Of a stretch of DNA of 64,000 nt, positions 46,056 through 56,200 are shown piece after piece; position 1 is the stretch's first letter, and each line of letters starts with the position of its first letter. Both the position numbers and the translations under genes were made by a program. The stretch spans positions 1,792,001-1,856,000 of the forward strand of contig OZ241857.1 in assembly GCA_965203315.1 (NCBI GenBank). Reading direction: 5' to 3'. This stretch comes from Nitrosopumilus sp. (GTDB taxonomy: Archaea; Thermoproteota; Nitrososphaeria; Nitrososphaerales; Nitrosopumilaceae). The notes below the pieces were generated by a model. It worked only from the letters and a program-made list of their open reading frames with translations, did no database searches and had not been told where the DNA came from.

Positions 46056-46241
46056 TTGGCAGATAGACCAGAGATATTGGAGTTTAAAGAGATATACTGT
46101 ACAAACTGTAAAAAGATTCTAGGCAGATACAATACAAAATTTTACAAGGAAGATAAGATACGAGAGATACTAAACACTACTCACTCCGATCACATCCGTA
46201 GTGGGCACCACATAAACATCCGTAGATACAAGCCGAGCTAG
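46056..46241 (+). CDS. Small putative zinc-binding protein
   Basis: IYCTNCKKILGRYN...H..H..H; TTG start at 46056. Confidence 0.6.
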   Translation: MADRPEILEFKEIYCTNCKKILGRYNTKFYKEDKIREILNTTHSDHIRSGHHINIRRYKPS

Positions 46242-46329
46242 AGATCTAGTATCTCTCTCCCCATGCAGAGTCTGGTAGATCATACTAGAAATTGATTCCA
46301 AATACACGATTGTTCAATGTATGTATTTT

Positions 46330-48405
46330 CTAATTACGCATAGTATTTTCTATAAAGTCAACAATCTTATCCAAGTGACGTAATATTTCATCAATTTCGT
46401 AGTCAGATTTAATATTTTGCTTATAGTCACCAATAGAATTTGTACCTACATTTGAAACATCTTCTAAATTCTCCGTCTCAAGAATATTGTCATTCTTTTT
46501 AACGTTATAACCAACTATTATGTAATTTTTTCTAGCGGTCATACTACAAATTGCGTGTCTTTGGCCGTTGACAAATATGATAAATTTTCCATATACCTTC
46601 CTCATTTCAAATTCTATATCATAATTATAATATTTGGTTTTAATTCTACTTTTAATTGTATTCCATAAGAGCTTAACTTCAGTTTTTTCTAAGTGTTTTT
46701 CTTCAATTGACGCATAAGTGTCGTCAAATGTTTTATCCACAGTTCTAATTGGACGTGGCCATACATTCAATGCAAGATCAATTAGATCGTTAGCTCTTCG
46801 CTTTATACTATTTTGATCCCATTTTGTATATTGAACTAGATCTCTAGAAAGTTTAAAGCTAGAGTCTTTGTATGTGTCTAACTTAATATCAAATTGTTTG
46901 TTACTCAAAGCAGGATTTTTGCCAGTTAATGTAAGGTTGCCGATTGTGTGAAGATATTTATCATGAATTTCTTTATGATCTATACCTAGATACTTTTTCC
47001 ACGGTTCAGTTAATGTTTGTGGCATGATATGTTCAATTTCGATGGTATTCATATTGACCTGTTCTTCATTGTTGTAATTTTCCAATCTCATTAGTGCATA
47101 CTTGCAAATATTTTGTTTTTCATATATGGGTATGTTTCTCAAACTCTCTTTAAATCTGGTATCACTTTGAAATTTATGCATGCCGTCAAGAGATAACAAT
47201 TGTTCTTCTAGACTTTCAAAATATTTTTTGTTTGTAATTTTGGGTACTATTTTTGGTAGTTCTTTATTCAAACCTGCAACGCCATCGCATATAAACTGTC
47301 TAAACATATATGAGTCAATCAATCGAATTATTTTTTTAGTTGTTTCTACATTAATGATTTTTTGATGAAGATCTGCTAAAACTTTTAAAAATATAAAATT
47401 AGGTATACTTGTTTTTTGATCACGCATATATTTCAAAGCATTATTTATCTCTTCAAATTCTTTTACTGCTATATCTAGTGTGCTATTATCAACATCTTTA
47501 AAGCCCAATATTATGCGATAGTATTTTGAATATTCATATATGTTTTTTAGTTCTTCTTTTCTGTCTAATTCTTTTTCTTCTATGTACTTTTTGAATTCTT
47601 CATAAATAGCATTCTGATTTATGTTTGTGTTTGAATGATGTATAATTAAATAAAAGCGTATGAAATCTTCAAAGTGATTTACTTTGTTTTCAGTAAGGGG
47701 TTTTTCCATAGAATACCAATATTTTTCATATAGTTCTTTTTGTGTATCATCATCGTATTGTATCATGATATAACTTTTTATCAAATCTGTTTGCGATAAT
47801 ACTTTTCCTGTGGAGTTAATACTCATAAATATGGCTTGAGGATCTTCATCTTTCTCCACTGTTATAGTTATTAATTTCAGTTTGTTAATACCATCCCACA
47901 ACACATCTATATCTAAATCTTCCTTTTCTAATTGACTAGTAAAAAATTTAAAATTTTTGCTCAGTCGATCAGATTTGAGACTATTGTGATCTAGAATATC
48001 TCTCAGAGGTTTGTTATCTGATAACAAAATTTTATACTTATCGTCACCTTTTACGTTACTATTGAATAACCGCTCTTCAACTTTACTTTTTGTGCAATTT
48101 TTAGCAGATTTTGTATCAAGTATATTATGAATTGCTTTCAAAAGTAGAATTACACTAACGATTCGTTGTTGACCATCAATAATATAGTATTTCGAAATAT
48201 CATCACCTGGCTGTCTAGGTTTTTCAATAATTATGATAGAACCAGTGAAATGAGATTTTCTATCTTTATTTTTTCCAATCGCAACAATATCGTCAAATAA
48301 TTGTTTGCAGTGTTTAGCCTCCCACGTATATTGACGCTGATAGTAAGGCGTGATAAATTGATTGTTTGGTAATATCTTTAATAAAAATTCATCCTTCGGA
48401 TTCAT
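46330..48405 (-). CDS. GmrSD-like type IV restriction endonuclease (DUF262 + DUF1524/HNH) with C-terminal extension
   Basis: P.YQR.Y.W, IIDGQQR, F..IN.TG..L..DL, IEHIMPQ, IGNLTL...N..LSNK; AT-rich. Confidence 0.9.
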   Translation of the reverse strand: MNPKDEFLLKILPNNQFITPYYQRQYTWEAKHCKQLFDDIVAIGKNKDRKSHFTGSIIIIEKPRQPGDDISKYYIIDGQQRIVSVILLLKAIHNILDTKSAKNCTKSKVEERLFNSNVKGDDKYKILLSDNKPLRDILDHNSLKSDRLSKNFKFFTSQLEKEDLDIDVLWDGINKLKLITITVEKDEDPQAIFMSINSTGKVLSQTDLIKSYIMIQYDDDTQKELYEKYWYSMEKPLTENKVNHFEDFIRFYLIIHHSNTNINQNAIYEEFKKYIEEKELDRKEELKNIYEYSKYYRIILGFKDVDNSTLDIAVKEFEEINNALKYMRDQKTSIPNFIFLKVLADLHQKIINVETTKKIIRLIDSYMFRQFICDGVAGLNKELPKIVPKITNKKYFESLEEQLLSLDGMHKFQSDTRFKESLRNIPIYEKQNICKYALMRLENYNNEEQVNMNTIEIEHIMPQTLTEPWKKYLGIDHKEIHDKYLHTIGNLTLTGKNPALSNKQFDIKLDTYKDSSFKLSRDLVQYTKWDQNSIKRRANDLIDLALNVWPRPIRTVDKTFDDTYASIEEKHLEKTEVKLLWNTIKSRIKTKYYNYDIEFEMRKVYGKFIIFVNGQRHAICSMTARKNYIIVGYNVKKNDNILETENLEDVSNVGTNSIGDYKQNIKSDYEIDEILRHLDKIVDFIENTMRN

Positions 48406-48656
48406 ATAATTTAGTTAAATAAGTAGTATATAAAGATCAAAACAGACTCTTCTCAACATGTGGATGGTAAAACAATATGAAAACTAGACATTCGTTTCCC
48501 AAACATTAAGAATTTACAATATTCGATACATAACCCAAAGTGTCATTGCATAGTTTTGTGAGAATTATGTGCCACCTGTCACCGCCATCATATTGCAGAG
48601 ATCATAACGTTGTAAGTACTATCCAAATAAAAGAATCGAAATGTAACAGAAACGAA

Positions 48657-49172
48657 TCACAACAGTTGCGTCACGTCAGACAGAGACTTGATCCGCATCA
48701 GTCCTGTAACGTGTAGGTTCCAAGGTTGTGTATACAGTATCATCTGCTTGTTCTCTGTGATCATCTTTGTGGCAGTGATCGGCGAGTCATCGATAAAAAC
48801 ATCATAGTCTAGATCTGCTTTCATCACTCCTGCTGCAACAGACACATAATTACGATATACGATACCGTGATATCTCAACCACGCTTTGACGGATGTATCT
48901 GTATCAGGACTGCGTGCAGTAACGATATCAACATCTCCAAGATCTGACAAACGAGACGTTTTGTCTCCAAGATCACTTTCAGTTGGTGGAATACCACTCC
49001 AATTATTCCAACAAGAATCTAGTTGTGTGTGAAATGTATCTCTAGGTATTTCGAGATCCTTCCAAAAGTCCCACGATTTGATATCTTGTACATGAATGTC
49101 AGTTTTACTAGTACGTATCCAAGATGTAATGACATCTGCCAATACACCATCCACATCTAGAGCAATCTTCAT
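48657..49172 (-). CDS. HAD-family 5'(3')-nucleotidase-like protein
   Basis: [25 protein letters not shown]. Confidence 0.85.
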   Translation of the reverse strand: MKIALDVDGVLADVITSWIRTSKTDIHVQDIKSWDFWKDLEIPRDTFHTQLDSCWNNWSGIPPTESDLGDKTSRLSDLGDVDIVTARSPDTDTSVKAWLRYHGIVYRNYVSVAAGVMKADLDYDVFIDDSPITATKMITENKQMILYTQPWNLHVTGLMRIKSLSDVTQLL

Positions 49173-50263
49173 CGACTAAACGATCTCTGGAGTTCAGATA
49201 GTAAAGCCTTTTGCTCATCGTTGAGTTTTTTGGGTACATTTACAACAACTCTAACATATTGATCTCCTCTGCCTCTACCATACTTGACGTTAGGTACGCC
49301 TTTGCCCTTTAGTTTGATTATTGTGTTTGGTTGACTGCCTGAATCTACCTTTATCTTTTCGTCTCCTTCCAGTGTAGGAACGACGACCTCACAGCCAAGA
49401 GCAGCATCAACTATAGAGATGTTGTGATCATAAAATATATCCCGTCCATCTCGTTTGAATTTGTTGTGTTGTTTGACATGTATTCGAACCACAAGATTAC
49501 CGTTTGAGCCATCTGGAACCTCGTTTCCTTCGCCAGATACCAAATAGTCGTCCGAGTCTACTCCTGGCGGAATTGGAACATTTATCTGCTTACGTCCTCT
49601 CTTTACTCCTCTTCCTTTACAATCTTTACACGGGTTAGTAACGATCGAACCGCTACCACTACAAACCGAGCAAGTGGTTGCGGTTACAAATGATGCAAAT
49701 CCCACATTTTTGGTCTGGCGTATCTGACCTCGACCGTGACAAGTATCACAAGCCTTTAGATCTGTTCCTGGTTTACATCTAGAGCCATTACAAGTATTAC
49801 AGATGATCTGCTTTTGTAGATCGATGTTGATATCTTTACCATGCAAGACATCTTCGAGTGTTAGTGTAGTCTCGTATAGCAGATCAGAGCCTCGTGATTC
49901 TGTAAATCCAGAGAATCCTCCACCACCGCGACCAAATATACTCTCGAATATAGATTCGAATCCTCCACCACCGCGACCAAATATATCACCAAAGTCTCCT
50001 CTAGCACCACTAAAGATATCATCACGGCTATATCGTCCATCAACACCTTCGTGACCATACTTGTCATAGATGCCTCGCTTTTCATTATCGGATAAGACAG
50101 CATATGCCTCTGTTACCTCTTTAAAGTGCTCTGCAGCTTCTGTGGTTTTGTTACGATCAGGATGAAACTTTAATGCGAGTTTACGATATTGGCGTTTTAT
50201 CTCATCCGTAGACGAGTCCTTGGATACACCAAGAACCTCATAATAGTCTCGTTTTGCAGACAT
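49169..50263 (-). CDS. dnaJ: Chaperone DnaJ
   Basis: J domain HPD, G/F region, four CxxCxGxG repeats. Confidence 0.97.
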   Translation of the reverse strand: MSAKRDYYEVLGVSKDSSTDEIKRQYRKLALKFHPDRNKTTEAAEHFKEVTEAYAVLSDNEKRGIYDKYGHEGVDGRYSRDDIFSGARGDFGDIFGRGGGGFESIFESIFGRGGGGFSGFTESRGSDLLYETTLTLEDVLHGKDINIDLQKQIICNTCNGSRCKPGTDLKACDTCHGRGQIRQTKNVGFASFVTATTCSVCSGSGSIVTNPCKDCKGRGVKRGRKQINVPIPPGVDSDDYLVSGEGNEVPDGSNGNLVVRIHVKQHNKFKRDGRDIFYDHNISIVDAALGCEVVVPTLEGDEKIKVDSGSQPNTIIKLKGKGVPNVKYGRGRGDQYVRVVVNVPKKLNDEQKALLSELQRSFSR

Positions 50264-50303
50264 GATTCATCGATTAATTATACGGGTATAAATGGTATTA
50301 GAG

Positions 50304-52232
50304 TTAGTTTGGTTTCTGTTCAGTGTCTGTTTGAGATTGATCTTGATCAGACGTTTGATCAGCAGTCGTGTCTTTATCATCGGTTTGACTAGTTGTATCA
50401 TGGGTGGTTTGATCACTAGTTTGATCAGTGCCATTATTGGTCTGATCTTGAGCACCTGTTGCACCTTCGGCACCTGGAGGAGTACTCTGATAGAGTTGTG
50501 TAGATACCTCGTTTACGACATTTTGTAGCTCTTCGAGTTTGGGTTTTAGTACATCTGATTCTTTGTCTAAAACTTCTCTGACGGACTTTATTGCGTCAGT
50601 GACTTTGATTCCCTGCTCTTGTGTTATCTTGTCTTTGAGATCATGATTGATGAGCTTTTCTGATGTGTATATGAAACTCTCGGCCTCGTTTCTGAGATCT
50701 ATTGCTTCCTTTTTCTTTTTGTCTTCTTCTGAAAACTTTTCTGCATCTTGTTTCAGTTTCTCGATCTCATCTTTGGATAGTTTTGTGGAAGACTCTATTG
50801 TAATCTTGGCCTCTTTTTGTGTGCCTAGATCTTTGGCAGTGACATTTATGATTCCGTTTGCATCGATATCAAACTTTACTTCTATTTGAGGAACGCCACG
50901 TGGTGCCGGTGGTATATCAGTCAAGTTAAAGCTACCCAGAGAGACGTTGTCTGTTGCCATGGGTCGTTCACCCTGAACTACATGGATAGTTACAGCTGTT
51001 TGATTGTCAGCTGCAGTCGTAAAGACCTTACCCTTCGATGTAGGAATAGTTGTATTTCTCTCTATTAGTGGTTCACGTACGCCACCCAATGTCTCGATTC
51101 CCAGAGTCAGAGGTGTAACGTCCAACAGTACAATATCACTCGTAACATCTCCTGCAATGATTCCAGCTTGAATAGCAGCGCCCATTGCGACAGCTTCCAT
51201 AGGATCTACTCCAGACTCGGCTTGACGTCCAACTACATCACTGACAAACTTTTTAACCATAGGAATTCTAGTCGGACCGCCAACCATCACAATCTTGTTT
51301 ACGTCAGCAGGAGATAGCTTGGCGTCTTCTAATGCCTTTAGAATCGATGGTTTGCAACGCTCGACTATGGGTCCAATGAGCTCGTCTAGTTTTGCTCGGG
51401 TTACACGAACCTCCAAGTTTTTAGCTCCTGTCGATTGATCATGTGCGATAAACGGTAGATTTACATCTGTCTCCATTACAGTAGAGAGTTCAATCTTGGC
51501 CTTCTCTGCAGACTCTCTCACTCTAGTCATAGCTGTTGGATCAGATGTGAGATCAATACCCTCCTTTTTCTTAAACTCATCTACAAGATAATCAACAACA
51601 ACTTTGTCCATATCAGCACCGCCCAGATGAGTATCACCAGAGGTACTCATCACCTCAAAGACGCCACCGCCCATCTCCATTATCGTAACATCAAGAGTGC
51701 CACCACCAAAGTCAAATACCAGAATCTTCATGTCCTCCTTTGCTTTATCTAGACCAAATGCTAGAGATGCAGCTGTAGGTTCGTTGATTATACGAACAAC
51801 ATCTAGACCAGCTATTGTTCCAGCATCTTTTGTTGCTTGTCGTTGGTTATCATCAAAGTATGCAGGAACTGTAATCACAGCCTTTTCGATCGACTCACCC
51901 GTAAAGGCTTCAGCGTCTTTCTTTATCTTTTGTAGTATATACGCTGAGATCTGTTGTGGTTTGTACTCTTTACCTTGAATATTAAATACATGATCTGTGC
52001 CCATCTTTCGTTTTGCTTCGATTATAGTATTGGTAGGATTAGTGACTGCCTGTCTTCGTGCAGGTTCACCTACAAGTAGATCGCCATCTTTAGAGAATGC
52101 GACGACCGACGGAAATGCTTTTCCACCTACAGTAGCGCCCTCTGCTGCTGGAATGATGGTAGGCTTGCCACCCACAACTACAGCAGCTGCAGAGTTACTC
52201 GTTCCTAGGTCAATACCAATGACTTTACTCAT
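50304..52232 (-). CDS. dnaK: Chaperone DnaK
   Basis: [39 protein letters not shown]. Confidence 0.98.
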   Translation of the reverse strand: MSKVIGIDLGTSNSAAAVVVGGKPTIIPAAEGATVGGKAFPSVVAFSKDGDLLVGEPARRQAVTNPTNTIIEAKRKMGTDHVFNIQGKEYKPQQISAYILQKIKKDAEAFTGESIEKAVITVPAYFDDNQRQATKDAGTIAGLDVVRIINEPTAASLAFGLDKAKEDMKILVFDFGGGTLDVTIMEMGGGVFEVMSTSGDTHLGGADMDKVVVDYLVDEFKKKEGIDLTSDPTAMTRVRESAEKAKIELSTVMETDVNLPFIAHDQSTGAKNLEVRVTRAKLDELIGPIVERCKPSILKALEDAKLSPADVNKIVMVGGPTRIPMVKKFVSDVVGRQAESGVDPMEAVAMGAAIQAGIIAGDVTSDIVLLDVTPLTLGIETLGGVREPLIERNTTIPTSKGKVFTTAADNQTAVTIHVVQGERPMATDNVSLGSFNLTDIPPAPRGVPQIEVKFDIDANGIINVTAKDLGTQKEAKITIESSTKLSKDEIEKLKQDAEKFSEEDKKKKEAIDLRNEAESFIYTSEKLINHDLKDKITQEQGIKVTDAIKSVREVLDKESDVLKPKLEELQNVVNEVSTQLYQSTPPGAEGATGAQDQTNNGTDQTSDQTTHDTTSQTDDKDTTADQTSDQDQSQTDTEQKPN

Positions 52233-52238
52233 TCTCAT

Positions 52239-52940
52239 TTACTCCTTTTTTGATATTTTGACTAGTGTCGGTCTTATAACTCTAGACTGTGAAATATATC
52301 CCTTTCGAACCTCTTCGACTATGGTACCATCATCTAGACTTGGGTTAATTATACTAGATATAGCCTCATGATATGTAGGATCAAAGATCTCACCTAGTGC
52401 ATCGATCGGAGAGGTGTCGTATCTTTTAAGCAGTGCGTCCATATTCTTGAGTATGGCATCGAGACCGTGTGTGTCAACTTGATTTTGGGCAAAGGCATCC
52501 TTTGCTCGTATAAAATCATCATAAACACCCAGAAAATCTAAAATAAATTTATCAATTTGTGCATTAATGCCATTTTTTATATCAGCTTGGGTCTTTTTTG
52601 ACAAGTTTTCATAATCAGCTAGAACATGTTGAAGTTTTACCTCATAGTCATTGGTCTTTATTATTTGAGACTCGAGTTGAGCAGCTAGTTCATCATAGCT
52701 AGGCACATGTTCAGAGATAGATTCGATATTAGAGACGGATGGGTCTAAACGTTCATCTGTATCTTTTGTGCTCGAGACATCGATTGCAGTGTCATCTGGG
52801 GTGTCATTGATTGCGTTTGTTTCACTAGAGGTATCACCAACAGCGTCACACAATGAACCATCCTGTATATCATTTGAGGCATCATCTACAGTATTTGGTA
52901 TGATAGAGATTGGCACGTTAGAATCGGCTTCAGAAGACAT
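52239..52940 (-). CDS. grpE: Nucleotide exchange factor GrpE
   Basis: ADYEN..K, FDPTYHEA, KGY....VIRPTLV; directly upstream of dnaK. Confidence 0.93.
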   Translation of the reverse strand: MSSEADSNVPISIIPNTVDDASNDIQDGSLCDAVGDTSSETNAINDTPDDTAIDVSSTKDTDERLDPSVSNIESISEHVPSYDELAAQLESQIIKTNDYEVKLQHVLADYENLSKKTQADIKNGINAQIDKFILDFLGVYDDFIRAKDAFAQNQVDTHGLDAILKNMDALLKRYDTSPIDALGEIFDPTYHEAISSIINPSLDDGTIVEEVRKGYISQSRVIRPTLVKISKKE

Positions 52941-53264
52941 TGTGTTTGGGATATACTTGCAGTCTAATTTAATATTAGTGTAGAGAGGTCATTCTCGTAA
53001 AATACAAGAGAACTAGAAACCATTGATTAGACGGTTCCCACTAGTCACTAACTGAGATAAATAAAACAAACAATCACTACAGTTTGCCCAAATGTCTATT
53101 TCAGCAGGCTATCATATCTTCTTTTGGTGGTGGCTCTGGCTCGCCTAACGATTTTTAATGTATTCTAGTATAATTTCTAGAAAAACAATTGTGGTAATTC
53201 GATCGCAATGATCAAAGGGATCATGTCAGATATCATGTTTAGAGGCTCAAAGCAATTAACTCCA

Positions 53265-53299
53265 AAATACAAACTTTTGATGATAATATCAATAACATG
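53265..53299 (+). repeat. 35-bp site overlapping the S-layer copy 2 start codon; identical to 12952-12986
   Basis: Exact match; contains TTGAT-gataat-ATCAA inverted repeat and ends in the ATG. Confidence 0.92.
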
Positions 53300-56200
53300 A
53301 ATAACGAAATAGGACGAAAAACAACTAGTTTAATACTAATGACAATAATGGTCGCAGGTGGACTGACCTTTGCTATACCAAGCATGGAACCAGTCTATGC
53401 CCAGTCGACACCAAACTTATACGTCTCAGCTGCTGATCCAAACGGATACGGAACTAGATTCGACAACACCTTTGGTGGTCTACAAGTTGTCGAAGTCATT
53501 GTAAATGATCCGTTACTAACTGATGAGAATGATGCTATGCCTCGTGTCACAATAAACGATGACGTAAAACTCAACATGACACAAGCTGGTGATGGCGCTT
53601 GGTATGGATACTTTGCAGATAAAGGACGTGATGGTAACGGTGATGGCGATGACACGGACCTTACTAGCGGATATTTCATCACTGCCGCAACTGTACAACT
53701 AGCACTAGATGGTGAAGTTAATTATGATGGCCTATATGGTAGCAGTGAAGACTCTGCGCGTTACACAGGTGTGGGTGGTTTCACAGACGATAACTTGGTC
53801 AATAATTCTCCCTCAAAGCGAGGTTCAACAGCTAAAATACTATCTGATGATGGTAATCAAATAAAGTATCTTGATCTTGATGATGGTGATGATGTAAAGA
53901 TCGTATACCAAAAGGCAGGAAACCCACAAACTGTAACCTTGACATATGACAAATCAAAGAACAATGGAATTGAACTTGACAGAAACTCGTACGCAAGAGA
54001 CGCAAATGTGTACATTACTCTCATAGATCACGTACTAAACGTAGACCCAACCTCTAAAGACGTTTGGCAGTTCTTTCTTGATGTAAATTCGCCTTCTGCA
54101 CCCGGAGCTGGTACTTTTCCAGATGACAGAGTAATATTGGCAACTCGTAATCTAAGTGGCGGTACTAATGGTTGGACACATGCTCAACTTGGTTGTGATG
54201 ATAACGACTGTATGTTGTCGATACCAAATGATAGCATACTCCGACTAGACAATGACGATGACGCTACAAACAATCCCAATAATATTACCTTTGAAGAAAC
54301 TGGACCAAACACTGGTGTATTTGAGATAAGAGACAATGATGGCGATACATCAATAATGACTGATGATAATGCACCAAGAGGACAAAATAGTCTTATCACT
54401 TATTCTGGTAACAATGTAGCCGTAAACCTACGACTAACTACTGCTACTGTAGATCTAGATGTATCCGACGGTACATGGAACTCGGGTGAAAAGATAGATC
54501 TGGCAGTAGTCGATGCAGATCAAAACAAAGACAGTGATGCAGAAGACGATCAAAAGGTATCTGACCCAATGTCAAGAATTCCGACATTTATGACAGGTGA
54601 CCCACGTACACTAATGGACAGTAAAGACAATTCTGCATATGCATATACACAACCAGGTACTTCTTGGCAGAAATATCCGATAGATCCAGATGATAGGACA
54701 TACATACGTGACTTAGATTTTAGAGTCGATGATAGTCATAGAGGCATACTGTCATGGAATGGTTCAAATGATGTTCGCGATACCGAACCACTTTCACTTG
54801 CGGGACCAGCATCTGGCTTCTTCATTGGAGGGATGATTGCTATTCCTCTAGGTACGCTAGAAGATCTACATGGATCGATTAACGATGACCGTTCAAATAA
54901 AGGCAACTTTACGGGGCGAAATCTATTCAACTATGACTTTGGCGTCTTTGATACAAACAACATGCGTGTTGATCTAAACATACACAACAGTACAGGAGAT
55001 GTTGTTTACTTTGGAACACTGTTAGACAATAGCAAAAGTGAACTCTCAGCATATGATACTCGTTCCGGCCTTAGAGACATAACCGGCTTTATGGTCGAAG
55101 ATAGAAATAACAATGAACTAAAATATTCACTATCTAGTTCTGAATTTCTATCAAAGGTCGGTACTAGCGCTCAAGTCACACTGGGAATAATAATCAAAGA
55201 CGGAAATGGCCACGCCACACCATCATTTACTATCACTGAAGGCAAAGAATATCCCATAGTCGCAGATTTCTTCTCGTATGGATTCTATGACGATGGTGCA
55301 CAAGCAAGTGAGAGAGTTGCAAATCAGATTATACGAGTCGAGGTAGAAGAGACTGGTGAGAACACTAGTACCTTTACAGGAACACTAGAGTACATCATGA
55401 TAAACCAACTCGATATGATAGTGAATGATCGTTCGTATATGGAAGGCAACAACTACCCAAAGACTCCATACATATTCGATAGTATCACACCAACAGGCAA
55501 TGAAGTCAAATTCATCGCCTTTGAGGACATTACAGGCTCTGACGCGCGAGTAAACTATGCAGACATAGACTCGAACGGCAACATGGCTGTGGTCTCTGAT
55601 CAACAAGATATCGCAACCTCTAGTGGTGTGGTATCTCTGAATGCAGAGACATACAGTGTAGGCAGCAATGTCGTAATAACACTAGAGGACTCTGATCTGA
55701 ATACAGATCCTGATCGTGCTGATACCTATACAGTAGTAATGGACAGTAACCACAATGACACAGATAGAGATCAAGTAGGCATGAGTGTAACCAATGTAGC
55801 TGGTATCAAGTACAAGTCTCTACTACCAGGTGGCAAATCACTAGGAATGCTACTCGAAGTAACCATTGGTGGTGAGAGATGGAAATCTGGCGCATGTGAC
55901 CTAGATAATAACATTCAGAACGGACTCGCTAAAACCGGATTCACTCTACAAGAGACCGGATCCAGTACAGGAGTCTTTACAGGTTCATTTTCTATACCAA
56001 AACAAGTATGCAACTTTAATGACGACGATACAGTAAACACGAGAAACCCTAACACACCTACAAGCGGCAAAGATATTGGCGTAACATATCTAGACTTTAG
56101 AGATGCATCTGGTCAGATAGTCACAGCTGGTGACTCTGCATCGATTGGTGCAAGTACAGGCTCTGTATCGCTAGATAGAACTGTATATCCAGTTCCGTAT

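Noticed and set aside
12952-53299. Excision of 40 kb between the direct 35-bp repeats as a mobile element
   Set aside because: Segment carries rpl2, gatDE, cdc48, dnaK and a tRNA, so loss would be lethal; no replication or integrase genes
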